In this document: positions 9,388 through 18,922 of the stretch, piece by piece | How positions within the stretch are numbered: the stretch's first letter is position 1 | Layout of the letters: the number at the start of each line of letters is the position of its first letter | Origin: Nitrosopumilus sp. | Lineage (GTDB): Archaea > Thermoproteota > Nitrososphaeria > Nitrososphaerales > Nitrosopumilaceae | Reading direction: 5' to 3' | Length of the DNA: 64,000 nt | Assembly: GCA_965206745.1 (NCBI GenBank) | Contig: OZ242220.1 | Span: 224,001-288,000 of the forward strand | Notes under the pieces: generated by a model | What the model was told of the DNA's origin: nothing | Seen by the model: the letters and a program-made list of their open reading frames with translations, nothing else | Database searches by the model: none | Made by a program: the position numbers and the translations under genes

Positions 9388-10571
9388 TCAAAAATGTCAG
9401 TGTATTGTCCGGTCAGAACTTGGACTTTGTTGCAGACTCTAATGTCAGAATCCAAAACAAACAATTTGCAAAAATTTCACCAAACATCAAACCAAATGCA
9501 AAAGAGGAATCCCTTGACTGTCAGGGACTGCTATTAATGCCTGGATTCATCAATGCCCACACGCATATTGGAGATTCCATAGGAAAAGACATTTCTCTAA
9601 ACAGGACAGTTGATCAAAGAATTCATCCCGTGTTTGGCGCCAAATCAAAGATTCTGAAAAATACCTCAAATGAGAACTTGGGAAATTTTATGAAAAACAC
9701 GTGCCACTCGATGCTTGGGAAGGGAATCACCACTTTTGTTGATTTTCGAGAAGGTGGCCTAGGCGGAGTGTTATTACTAAAAAAGGTGCTAAGGGATGTA
9801 CCCCTGCGTTCGATCATTTTAGGGCGGATGGAATTTTACCAGAATTCTCAAGAAATTAGAAAAAATTCAGCCTTTCCGAGGACAAAATCCTCTGAACTGC
9901 TAGCATTAGTGAAGGAATGTGACGGCATCGGCATTAGTGGGGCAAATGAAAACAGTGCCTCTGTCCTGAATCGTTACTCCAAGACATCGAAGATCAGGGC
10001 AATCCACTCTGCTGAAACCAAACAGAGCACTGCCCAATCAAAGAAAGTTACTGGAAAATCAGAGACAGAAAGGGCACTAGCCATGAGGCCTGATTTTCTG
10101 GTTCATATGACTTTTGCCTCAAAGTCTGATCTTCAAATTGCATCCAAAAAAATAAGGGGCATCGTGGTTTGCCCCCGAGCCAATTCGTCTCTTGCAGAAG
10201 GGATTCCCGACATCGAGTTGATGCAAAAATCTGGATGCCTTTTAGCTTTGGGCACAGACAACGTGATGATAAACTCTCCGGACATGTTTAGGGAAATGGA
10301 TTTTATCTGGAAGGCAACTATGGGGTTGCACAAAAAAAGAATCAGTCCAAAGGAAGTTCTCAAGATGGCCACAGTCAACGGTGGAAAAATTCTGAATAAA
10401 AACATTGGATGCATTGAATCTGGCAAGCTTGCTGACTGCATATTTTTGGACAAGCATGCACTGGATTTGGAACCGATGCACGATCCGTACGCATCAATTG
10501 TTCACAGGGCATCCGAGTCTGCAATAAAAGCTGTAATGATAGGGGGGAAGATCGTTCATGGAAAAATCTAG
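9381..10571 (+). CDS. Metal-dependent amidohydrolase (deaminase-like)
   Basis: PGFINAHTH, IHSAE, LVHM, CPRAN, LGTDN, GKLAD. Confidence 0.85.
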   Translation: MLIKNVSVLSGQNLDFVADSNVRIQNKQFAKISPNIKPNAKEESLDCQGLLLMPGFINAHTHIGDSIGKDISLNRTVDQRIHPVFGAKSKILKNTSNENLGNFMKNTCHSMLGKGITTFVDFREGGLGGVLLLKKVLRDVPLRSIILGRMEFYQNSQEIRKNSAFPRTKSSELLALVKECDGIGISGANENSASVLNRYSKTSKIRAIHSAETKQSTAQSKKVTGKSETERALAMRPDFLVHMTFASKSDLQIASKKIRGIVVCPRANSSLAEGIPDIELMQKSGCLLALGTDNVMINSPDMFREMDFIWKATMGLHKKRISPKEVLKMATVNGGKILNKNIGCIESGKLADCIFLDKHALDLEPMHDPYASIVHRASESAIKAVMIGGKIVHGKI

Positions 10572-11214
10572 ACCGCATGTTATTCTGAGTGCGGCAATAT
10601 CAATTGATGGAAAGATTGCCACTAGAAGAGGGGACTCGAAGCTTTCTTCCACTGAAGATCTCCGCAGGCTGCATAGACTGAGAGCAAAAGTGGATGCGAT
10701 ACTTGTTGGAAAAAACACGCTGATGCGTGACGATCCTCTGTTAACTGTACGCCATGCCAGGGGAAAGAATCCAACCCGAATAATTTTGGATTCCAAAGGT
10801 GAAATTCCCTCAACTTCCAAAATACTGCAGACGTCTTCTAGTGTTCCAACAATTATAGCCGTCTCAAAAAAAATTACAAAATCCAACCGTCAGAAACTCA
10901 AGGAATTTCCAGTTGAGGTGATTGTAACCGGGGAAAGGTCTGTAAACATAAAGTCCCTGCTAAAAAAACTTTTAGAAAAAAAAATCGGCACAATTCTTGT
11001 TGAAGGCGGGGGAACCGTCAACTGGGAATTTATCAGGCAAAATCTGTTTGACGAGTTAATCATCACCATTTCTCCGTTTGTCACGGGAGGGGGCCATTCG
11101 ATATCATTTGTTCAGGGTGACGGGTTTGATAAAATTTCCAAATCCCCCAATCTGCTGCTCAAATCCGTCAAGAGGCTTAAAAGCCATCTCGTTTTAAATT
11201 ATCAAAAAGTGTAA
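10558..11214 (+). CDS. Archaeal/fungal-type pyrimidine reductase (RibD C-terminal, Rib7/ArfC)
   Basis: AISIDGKIA, DAILVG, DDPLLTVR, ILVEGGG. Confidence 0.9.
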   Translation: MEKSRPHVILSAAISIDGKIATRRGDSKLSSTEDLRRLHRLRAKVDAILVGKNTLMRDDPLLTVRHARGKNPTRIILDSKGEIPSTSKILQTSSSVPTIIAVSKKITKSNRQKLKEFPVEVIVTGERSVNIKSLLKKLLEKKIGTILVEGGGTVNWEFIRQNLFDELIITISPFVTGGGHSISFVQGDGFDKISKSPNLLLKSVKRLKSHLVLNYQKV

Positions 11215-11250
11215 GTTCTTATACTTTATTCAAAATAAAATTACAAGAAA

Positions 11251-11508
11251 TTGGCAGTAAAAAAGAAAACTACAACAAAAAAGAAAGTGGCTCCAAAAAA
11301 GAAAGCAGCTCCAAAAAAGAAAGCGGCTCCAAAAAAGAAAGCAACTAAATCAAAAGGCAAGAAACCGGCATTTGGCGGATATGCAATCAGTTTTGCAGGA
11401 TGTTCTGAAACAGTGGAACAGGTATTTGGCAAGAAACCGATTGCACCAAGCGAAATGACCAAAAAGATTTGGGCATTTGTAAAAGCAAATAGTCTTTCTA
11501 ATCGTTAA
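11251..11508 (+). CDS. Small basic protein: histone H1-like KKKAAP repeats plus SWIB-like domain
   Basis: Three 18-nt/6-aa repeats. C-terminus VFGKKPIAPSEMTKKIWAFVKANSL resembles SWIB/MDM2. Confidence 0.7.
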   Translation: MAVKKKTTTKKKVAPKKKAAPKKKAAPKKKATKSKGKKPAFGGYAISFAGCSETVEQVFGKKPIAPSEMTKKIWAFVKANSLSNR

Positions 11509-11603
11509 GCCCAAACATGTTAGCGAGCAACCGTTAACTAATTTCTATCTTTTAATTATTTTTTTAAAAATAAACAAGATATAGATATCGGGTTTGATTC
11601 CAA

Positions 11604-12173
11604 ATGATCATGTCCACTGCATCACTAAGACGCGATCATGAATTGATAGAAAAAGTCGTCAAGGCCATGGAATCCACACTTCAGTTACTAAATGACGGCA
11701 AACAGATACCCGAGTCAATTTTACTGCCGGTAATTGACTTTTCAAAAAACTTTACAGACGTCTGTCATCACAGCAAGGAAGAGAAATCACTGTTCCCCGC
11801 ACTAGAGCAGGCCGGCTTGCCCACTAACATGGGACCTATTGCCATGATGCTAGTTGATCATCAGCGTTCACGGGAAATTGGCGTTGCAATGGAGGTCTCT
11901 GCAAGGGAATATCTTTCATCAGGAGACTCGACAAAACTAGTTAGTGACATGCAACAGTATGTCGAACATATCACCGAGCACCTGTGGAAGGAAAACAACA
12001 AGCTGTTCGTGATGGCAGAGGCAAGACTGCAACATGTTTCGGAAAAGGTTGACAAGGAACTCGTTGAAATTGAGAAATCCAAACTTGACGAGGTTGGAAA
12101 AACCAGGGAACACTATGAGCAGCTGGCTGAAAATCTTACAAGGGATGTATCCCGGCAGGGTGATCAGATGTGA
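11604..12173 (+). CDS. Hemerythrin/HHE domain protein
   Basis: DH, HHSKEE..LFP, DH, EHLWKEN..LF motifs. Confidence 0.9.
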   Translation: MIMSTASLRRDHELIEKVVKAMESTLQLLNDGKQIPESILLPVIDFSKNFTDVCHHSKEEKSLFPALEQAGLPTNMGPIAMMLVDHQRSREIGVAMEVSAREYLSSGDSTKLVSDMQQYVEHITEHLWKENNKLFVMAEARLQHVSEKVDKELVEIEKSKLDEVGKTREHYEQLAENLTRDVSRQGDQM

Positions 12174-12472
12174 CGCACAGCATGTTTGGTCAAGTGAGAG
12201 CCGTAAGAAAGTTCGTTAACGGGGATGTTGAAATTGACTTTTACCATGAGGACGGGGTCACCACCTACACGCATTCCTCAGATCCCGGCAGGCTGGGAAA
12301 TATGCCCAAGGAACTAGCTGAGACTCTGGCATCTGCACTATCTGATGATATCTGCATTGAGATCTTCTTTGGGGATGATGGAAATCCCACATATGTCGAA
12401 TTGGAGGAATGTGATGATCCGGATGATGATCTTGAAGAAGAAGAATTTGATGAGGATTCAGAGTCCTCTTGA
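12170..12472 (+). CDS. Hypothetical acidic protein
   Basis: Overlaps the previous stop codon. Acidic tail. Confidence 0.7.
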   Translation: MTHSMFGQVRAVRKFVNGDVEIDFYHEDGVTTYTHSSDPGRLGNMPKELAETLASALSDDICIEIFFGDDGNPTYVELEECDDPDDDLEEEEFDEDSESS

Positions 12473-12485
12473 CATCCAAAGTAGC

Positions 12486-13877
12486 CTATTCAACGTAGTG
12501 ATGATGTGTCAAGTTGTCGTAAAATCTGACTGATTTCAAATTCACAAACTCTAGCATCCCGTATCTTGATAGTTCCCTTCCAAACCCGCTGTGCTTTATC
12601 CCGCCAAATGGAATCCGCGGATCCGAAATTACGACATTATTGACACTTACTATTCCCGATTCAATCCGTCTGGACATCTTGTCTGCCTTGGCAAGATCCT
12701 TTGTCCATATGCTTGCACCCAAACCGAATTCGCTCTCATTGGCCAGTTTTACAGCCTCGCTCTCGTTTTCAACAACTGTGATTGGAGCTATCGGTCCAAA
12801 CGTCTCCTCCTGCGCGATTCTCATGTTCGGCTTTACGTTTCTAAGGATTGTTGGCTTGTAAAAGTATCCGTCTCCCTCTATCTGGAATCCCCCCAAAAGT
12901 ATTTCGGCACCCTTCTCCTTTGCATCCTCGACGATTCCAGAGATCGTCTCCAAGCCTTCCTTGCTTGACAGCGGCCCGATATCAGTCTGCATCGACATCG
13001 GATCCCCTATTTTTAGCTGGGATGTTTTTTTGATAAATGACTCGATAAACTCGTCTGCAATATTTTTTCCAACAAAAAACCTCTTTGATGCCACGCAGCT
13101 CTGTCCGCAGTTGATGAATCTGCCCTTAACTGCGCCCTCTGCCGCATTTTCAATGATTGCATCATCTAGCACTATGAATGGATCACTGCCGCCTAGCTCC
13201 AAGACGCATTTTTTCAGATTCCTGGCTGCCCTCTCACCGACCTTTGCGCCTGCATTGGTGCTGCCGGTAAAAGTGACTGCGCTAACCTCAGAATCTATCA
13301 GATGGTTTGCAGACTCTACGCTTCCTACCAGCGTCTGAAAGATGCCGTCAGGCATTCCCGACTCGGTAAATGCCTTTTCAATCTCAATTCCAGACTGCAT
13401 TGTCACCCTAGATGGCTTCATGACAATCACGTTTCCTGCCATCAGACAGGGGGCTGCAAATCTTAATGCCTGCCAGTAGGGAAAATTCCATGGCATAATT
13501 GAGCCTATGACCCCGAGTGGCTCAAAAGTCAGAAAGCTCTTTCTTGCATCCGTGTTCAACACTTCATCAGAGAGAAAGCTATCCCCGTGATCAGCATAAA
13601 ATTCCAAAGCCCATGCACATTTTTCAACCTCCCCAATGGATTCCTTGAGCGGCTTGCCCATCTCAGCTGTAGCCACTTTTGCAAGTTCTGTTTTGTTCCT
13701 CTTTAGATGTTCTACCAAGTTGTAAATGTAACTTCTACGCTTTTCATAATCCTTCTTCCATTCCGGATATGCCCTTTTTGCCTTTCCCACCAAATCAAAC
13801 ACCTGACTCTTCTCCATTGATGAGTAAGTTGCAAGGTCTTTGCCTGTGGACGGGTTTACCGTGGTAATTTGATTCAA
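12486..13877 (-). CDS. NAD(P)-dependent aldehyde dehydrogenase, succinate-semialdehyde dehydrogenase family
   Basis: IMPWNFP, FTGS, LELGGSDP, GQSC, EETFGP. Confidence 0.92.
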   Translation of the reverse strand: MNQITTVNPSTGKDLATYSSMEKSQVFDLVGKAKRAYPEWKKDYEKRRSYIYNLVEHLKRNKTELAKVATAEMGKPLKESIGEVEKCAWALEFYADHGDSFLSDEVLNTDARKSFLTFEPLGVIGSIMPWNFPYWQALRFAAPCLMAGNVIVMKPSRVTMQSGIEIEKAFTESGMPDGIFQTLVGSVESANHLIDSEVSAVTFTGSTNAGAKVGERAARNLKKCVLELGGSDPFIVLDDAIIENAAEGAVKGRFINCGQSCVASKRFFVGKNIADEFIESFIKKTSQLKIGDPMSMQTDIGPLSSKEGLETISGIVEDAKEKGAEILLGGFQIEGDGYFYKPTILRNVKPNMRIAQEETFGPIAPITVVENESEAVKLANESEFGLGASIWTKDLAKADKMSRRIESGIVSVNNVVISDPRIPFGGIKHSGFGRELSRYGMLEFVNLKSVRFYDNLTHHHYVE

Positions 13878-13931
13878 GATCTTACAAAAACCCCTCTCTT
13901 ATTTATTCTAGTGACCTGCTTTTCAACCCAA

Positions 13932-14447
13932 TCAAAACGTCTGCTGCATGTCCTTTTTGATCTCGTCAATCTTCTTCTGATATGCCTTTTTGGACTTGTC
14001 GTTCTTTTTTAGATTCAATACGTTCTGGCATGATGGGCATTTGAACATCCCGTCAAGCGCATTCTCAAATGTCACCCTTGGACAGTCTTCGTTTCCACAG
14101 TGATAAAAGTCCGAGGCATTTTCATAGTCGAGTCTCTGCTGCAGTCTCTCGTCAATCTTTTTCTTTTGATTTTCAATAAAATGCTCCACCTCCTCCCTCC
14201 GGGTTCTCCATCTGTAGACAAACCATCCCTTCCTTTCGTCCTTGACCCTGATTCCAGTAATGAGGGATTTTCCAAAGAGATCATACAATACTCTTCTTAC
14301 CATGTTGATTCTAAGGCCTGTAGAACTGGCAATCTCCTCGTCAGTTGCATCCTCTGCCTTTAGAAGAGATCTTGCCACTTTGAGATATTCGTCCCCTCCA
14401 ATCATTGAAGCAATTCTAACAAAAGGATCCTCGTATTTGTCTACCAA
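13932..14447 (-). CDS. tfe: Transcription factor E (TFE alpha)
   Basis: TDEEIA..G..IN.VRR.LY.L winged helix, GWFVYRW, Zn ribbon CGNEDC/CPSC. Confidence 0.92.
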   Translation of the reverse strand: MVDKYEDPFVRIASMIGGDEYLKVARSLLKAEDATDEEIASSTGLRINMVRRVLYDLFGKSLITGIRVKDERKGWFVYRWRTRREEVEHFIENQKKKIDERLQQRLDYENASDFYHCGNEDCPRVTFENALDGMFKCPSCQNVLNLKKNDKSKKAYQKKIDEIKKDMQQTF

Positions 14448-14473
14448 CTCTAATGACTTCTGACTTTCTACTA

Positions 14474-15019
14474 TTAATCCCTTGTTTCTTTTACTTGGAC
14501 GTTTTTCCCGTTTTTAGTAGGAATTATCTTTCGTTTTGCATTGGGAAACTCTTTTTCAAATTGCTTGCCTCCCTGAATACGATCCAAAAGAATTGCCAAG
14601 GCACTGATCTCTGAATGAGGCTGACTTCCCACCCCCACGTTGTAATCTGCCAACTCGTAGATCTCCCTGGGAACTTTTTCGGCCCCTACAACAACTAGCA
14701 GATTCTCCTCGCCCTGAATGTCCCCTTGAACATCATTGATGCTCTGGCCATACATCGAGAGATGAACAACCTTGAATCCTTTCTTCTTCTTCTCCTTTAC
14801 GACTGTTTTCCATTTTTCAATGAACTCGACCTCAAAATTACCTCCCCACGTGCCGTTGATCTTTTCTATGGTGTCCTTGATTTCCGGATTTACCTCCGTC
14901 ATGTAGATCCGTCCTGCACCAAACCCCCTGGAGACAAGCGCAACATGTGTAGTCACCCTGTCATCCCTTACAAGACGCTGTCCAATTCTGACTATCTCAA
15001 TTACCAAATGTTTTATCAA
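14474..15019 (-). CDS. trm56: tRNA (cytidine56-2'-O)-methyltransferase
   Basis: [32 protein letters not shown]. True start may be TTG at 15007. Confidence 0.93.
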   Translation of the reverse strand: MIKHLVIEIVRIGQRLVRDDRVTTHVALVSRGFGAGRIYMTEVNPEIKDTIEKINGTWGGNFEVEFIEKWKTVVKEKKKKGFKVVHLSMYGQSINDVQGDIQGEENLLVVVGAEKVPREIYELADYNVGVGSQPHSEISALAILLDRIQGGKQFEKEFPNAKRKIIPTKNGKNVQVKETRD

Positions 15020-16118
15020 CTCCCCCCCATGCGTTATTCTTCGGCCTGTGAAAGCCCTGACTGGCTACAATCCCCTTGATCAACTCTTTTAACTGCTTGA
15101 TGTTTTTTCCAGTCTTTGCAGAAACAGAGACCAGCTTTTTATTTTCAGTCAAGTTGAGGAACTCTACCTTCCGATTAATCTCCTTATCCTCTAGCAAGTC
15201 TGATTTGTTTAGGGCATAAACTATCTTGTCCTGCTCCACCCCCAACTCGTTTAGCGTCCTCATGCAACTGGAAAATTTCTTTTTCAACTCAGAAATCGAA
15301 TCATTGATATCGATTACCAGGATGATCACGTCCGTGTATGCCAGCTCCTCTAGTGTTGACTTGAATGCGTCAATCATGTATGCAGGCAACTTGCTGATAA
15401 AACCAACCGTATCTGCAATTAGAAATGGCTCTTGATCAATCATCAGTCTCCGCGTGGTTGTCGTCAGAGTTGTAAACAGCTCCTCGCTTTGGGCCTTTGT
15501 CTCGCCCGTAGTTTTGTTAAACAGCGTCGTCTTTCCTGCAGAAGTATAGCCTGCAAGCGATATCGTCTTGAATCCCATCCTCTTTCTTCCCTGCCTGTGA
15601 AGCTCCCTCTGTTTTCCAGCCTTTTCAAGCTTTGATCTTATTGTCTGCATCCTGTGCTTGATGTCGTTATAGTATACGTCGACTTCGAATTTTCCTATTC
15701 CCATGAATCCGGGCTGTTCCCCAATATTTGCAAGCCTGACCTTCTCTTTGGCCCTTGTCATCTCATATCTTAACTGCGCTAGTTTCACCTGTAACTTTGA
15801 TTCTGCACTTGATGCTCTGCTTTCAAAGATTTCAAGAATCAATGCCTCCCTGTCTAACACCTCCCTGTGTAGTTCTGTAGCAAGATTATAGTTTTGACTT
15901 GGTTTTAGAATCTCATCGAAGATGATTACATCCGGTCTTAGCTTCTCTGCGATCTCTTCTAGCTGCTCTAGTGCTCCTCCGCTGATTCCATACTTTGGCT
16001 TCTGGAGGTAATCCTGCTTGATGATGTGGACCACCTCGTATCCTGCCGCACCACACAGCCCCTTGGCCTCATTTATCGAGTCTTCTTGGTCATATGTGAT
16101 TAAAATTGCAGAATTCAT
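14997..16118 (-). CDS. hflX: GTPase HflX
   Basis: [28 protein letters not shown]. Confidence 0.93.
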   Translation of the reverse strand: MNSAILITYDQEDSINEAKGLCGAAGYEVVHIIKQDYLQKPKYGISGGALEQLEEIAEKLRPDVIIFDEILKPSQNYNLATELHREVLDREALILEIFESRASSAESKLQVKLAQLRYEMTRAKEKVRLANIGEQPGFMGIGKFEVDVYYNDIKHRMQTIRSKLEKAGKQRELHRQGRKRMGFKTISLAGYTSAGKTTLFNKTTGETKAQSEELFTTLTTTTRRLMIDQEPFLIADTVGFISKLPAYMIDAFKSTLEELAYTDVIILVIDINDSISELKKKFSSCMRTLNELGVEQDKIVYALNKSDLLEDKEINRKVEFLNLTENKKLVSVSAKTGKNIKQLKELIKGIVASQGFHRPKNNAWGGVDKTFGN

Positions 16119-16177
16119 CCTAACTCATTCCAGTCGAATCCAAGTAAAATGTATTGGGTATATTTTGGCAGTTCATC

Positions 16178-17218
16178 CTATTTTTTTAACGTTTTTTCTA
16201 TATTCATGTTCAAAACTATTTCAGCAATGTCACTGGCGTACTCAGAGACCCTTCTGATATTCTCAGTCATTCTCCGTATCCTGTAAACCTCCTCATCGTC
16301 TTTTAACGATTTTGAGGCATCCCTTACCTTCTTCTCAAATTTTGCAATCTCCTCAATCTTTGTAATCGTCTTTTCTGCCTGATTGTAATCCTCTTTGAAT
16401 AGTGCAAGGCATGAATCATCTAAAACAGAGAGGCAGAACTCGTTCATTTCCTGCAGTTTCTGCAAAATCTCCTTCTTTACAGGTTTCTTAAACTCCAATA
16501 GATCCTTGGCAATGAATGCCGCGTGATCTCCTGTCCTCTCTATGTTTTTCACAACGAGTCTATATCCCAGACAGTTCCTGGAATTCCTAAAACCCATCTC
16601 CTTTAGCATGTGCTCGTTCTGAATTGCAATCTTTAGCTGTCGAATAATGTAGAATCCAAACCTGTCTACTTCATCGTCTGTATTGATGACCTCCTGGGCC
16701 AGTTCCAAATTATTCTCCTTTACGGCCAGGATTGCATCACTTGACATTGATTTTGCCAGGTGAATCATCCTCTTGAAGGCCCCGTCCACTGATAACTCCA
16801 ACAGATTGACAAGAACCTGTACTGTGATCCCCGCACTGGAATCTGCGATTATCTCCGAACCCATCAGCATTCGCTTCACTGCCTCCTTGACGGTGTTTCT
16901 TTGATGCGCACTCAGTCTGCCGTTTTTTGGTTTTACGTTGATTGTCTTGAACCCTAAAAAGTACAATGAAATTAACTTTCTGACTATCGAGGATGACTCT
17001 GCCTCCTCACCAATCTCTATGACTGCATCCTCTTTTTTTGGAATTCGAGACTCAAATTTTGGCGGATAAAGCTCCAATGTTGAGGAGCCTTTTCGAACCA
17101 TTCTAATTTGATCCCCCTGCTTGAGGCCTAACTCCATAACCCACTGCTTTGGCAATGAGACTATGTATGATGATTTTCCGGTAAACTGAATCTTTCTAGT
17201 CTCTTCCCCGTTCTCCAT
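16178..17218 (-). CDS. phoU: AbrB-PhoU phosphate uptake regulator
   Basis: RKIQFTGKSSYIVSLPKQW AbrB domain plus two PhoU repeats (DDEVDR, ERTGDHA). Confidence 0.9.
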   Translation of the reverse strand: MENGEETRKIQFTGKSSYIVSLPKQWVMELGLKQGDQIRMVRKGSSTLELYPPKFESRIPKKEDAVIEIGEEAESSSIVRKLISLYFLGFKTINVKPKNGRLSAHQRNTVKEAVKRMLMGSEIIADSSAGITVQVLVNLLELSVDGAFKRMIHLAKSMSSDAILAVKENNLELAQEVINTDDEVDRFGFYIIRQLKIAIQNEHMLKEMGFRNSRNCLGYRLVVKNIERTGDHAAFIAKDLLEFKKPVKKEILQKLQEMNEFCLSVLDDSCLALFKEDYNQAEKTITKIEEIAKFEKKVRDASKSLKDDEEVYRIRRMTENIRRVSEYASDIAEIVLNMNIEKTLKK

Positions 17219-17310
17219 AATCTAAAGGAAAAATTCTATTCTATATAGTTTGATCCTTGCAATATAGACTTGCATTGAACTAATATTTAGAAAAAATTCT
17301 GCTACGAGTA

Positions 17311-17784
17311 TTGGATCATGTGATTAAACTGCGGCACTCCCTTGATGCCCTGTTTGGAGGCGGCACATCAAAACTACTGCCAAAGGATGCTGAGATGACT
17401 TTTTCCAGAAAGACTGGCAGGATAAGAACAGTATCTCACAAGGGCGAGCTTCTCTGTACTTTGAGAATTGACGGGAGCCTGGCCATCAGCGTTCATTTTG
17501 CTCAGATGCTGTTGAAGAATAAAGGATTCAAGGAAAACTGCATTGAGATAAATTCTGACGCTGCCCCGTTTGTTGAGCAAGGCAGATCCGTATTTTGCAA
17601 GCATGTTGTCTCATGTGGAAAAAATGTCCGGATATCTGCAGACACTCCCGTATTATTCAAAAACAAGATAGTCGCAGTTGGCAGGGCACTCTTATCATCT
17701 GAGATGATCCCTGATTTTGATAGGGGCGTGGCCATAAAGGTCAGAGATAGTTTAAAAAGTCGTAATGAGGAGATAACATCATGA
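17311..17784 (+). CDS. PUA-domain RNA-binding protein (archaeosine TGT C-terminal-like)
   Basis: SRKTGRIR, GRSVFCKHV, AVGRALLS, GVAIKVR. Confidence 0.8.
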   Translation: MDHVIKLRHSLDALFGGGTSKLLPKDAEMTFSRKTGRIRTVSHKGELLCTLRIDGSLAISVHFAQMLLKNKGFKENCIEINSDAAPFVEQGRSVFCKHVVSCGKNVRISADTPVLFKNKIVAVGRALLSSEMIPDFDRGVAIKVRDSLKSRNEEITS

Positions 17785-18125
17785 TGCGAGGAGGAAACCG
17801 CGAGATGCGAAGAATGATGGACAAGGTAGGCATGGACATGAATGAACTGCCCAACGTCCAGGAGGTAATAATCAAAACCGACAAAAAGGAGATCATTATC
17901 TCAAAACCTTCTGTTACTGAAATGAAAGGCAAGGACGACAATTCCACCTTCATAGTAACTGCTGACAGCTATGAGGAGAGAGAACTAGAGGTCCCAATCT
18001 TCTCTGAGGAGGATATCCAGCTTGTTAGCCAGCAGGCAGGAGTTGATGAAGAAAAGGCCAAAAATGCTTTAGAGGAGGCCAAAGGCGATCTTGCACGAGC
18101 CATACTGCTTTTAACGACAGGATAG
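17781..18125 (+). CDS. nac: Nascent polypeptide-associated complex protein
   Basis: MRRMMDKVGMDM NAC domain plus UBA tail EEDIQLVSQQAGV..GDLARAI. Confidence 0.93.
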   Translation: MMRGGNREMRRMMDKVGMDMNELPNVQEVIIKTDKKEIIISKPSVTEMKGKDDNSTFIVTADSYEERELEVPIFSEEDIQLVSQQAGVDEEKAKNALEEAKGDLARAILLLTTG

Positions 18126-18631
18126 TCTGGGAATCATCTGTGTGACTAGAGATGAACGGTTTGGCAACATGTCTTGATCTTAAATTATTCTTTATTTTCC
18201 ATATTCGTTGCAATGATTTCAAACAAGTGATTATACATGATTAACTTGGCTAGTCTCAAATATCGTATGAGGCTTGGCCTGTTCTCACAATCTTGCCGAC
18301 AAGCATCATGATCCATTAACTGTGACCATACATTACAGTGATACAGTGCAGACGACCTGCAAACAGGGGATCTTGAGATTACCGTGCAAAAGCTCAACGA
18401 TACCATAATACAAACTAGTACAAAGATGGAACAGGATCATTGCAATGGTTATACAGTTACCAAGATAAATTATCATGAAAATCTGGCTTTATGACCTGCA
18501 TCTATACATGGAGGACACACGGGAAAAGCGTTGTAGATGAGGCTATGGCTGGGATTTGGCAGAAGGTGTGTTATCAATAAACCTTGCAGACATACTTGAA
18601 ATAAAAATGAAAAATGCATTTAGATAATGTG

Positions 18632-18684
18632 TCCGTATCCACATCAGCCCCTGATTTCCCATCACAGATGGTCCAGAGGGTTCG
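18632..18684. repeat. 53-bp structured non-coding element, copy 1 (candidate ncRNA/cis element)
   Basis: 52/53 identical to 49628-49680. Nested stems AGCCC/GGGTT, CTG/CAG, CCATC/GATGG. Confidence 0.8.
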
Positions 18685-18881
18685 GATACGGCAGACATGT
18701 ACAAAGTATTGTACAATATGTAATGATATTATCTATTATAACATATTATTGGTTTGAGGTATTTATACTTAGAATCAGATATGTGTCCATTTTGGAAAAT
18801 CTATTAATATTTCTCACATCAGGCAATTTAGCCAAATTTATAAAATCAAATTTTACCCCATGTTCTTCTCATCAGATCCTA

Positions 18882-18922
18882 GCTTCGCCCTGCTTTAATA
18901 CCATAGATCTTACAAATTTGCT
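18882..18922 (+). promoter_or_regulatory. Family promoter, copy C
   Basis: GCTTCG-N6-TTTAATA, 29 nt before the GTG start. Confidence 0.65.

Noticed and set aside
18126-18626. Possible gene remnant upstream of paralogue C (also 20760-20930)
   Set aside because: Short stop-interrupted frames with no recognisable motif. Cannot be supported without a search.
18627-18698. Hammerhead ribozyme or C/D-box RNA on the minus strand (CTGATG, GAAA, GAA)
   Set aside because: The core is CUGAUGU, not CUGANGA, and the stems do not give a three-way hammerhead junction. Box spacing is too short for a C/D guide.
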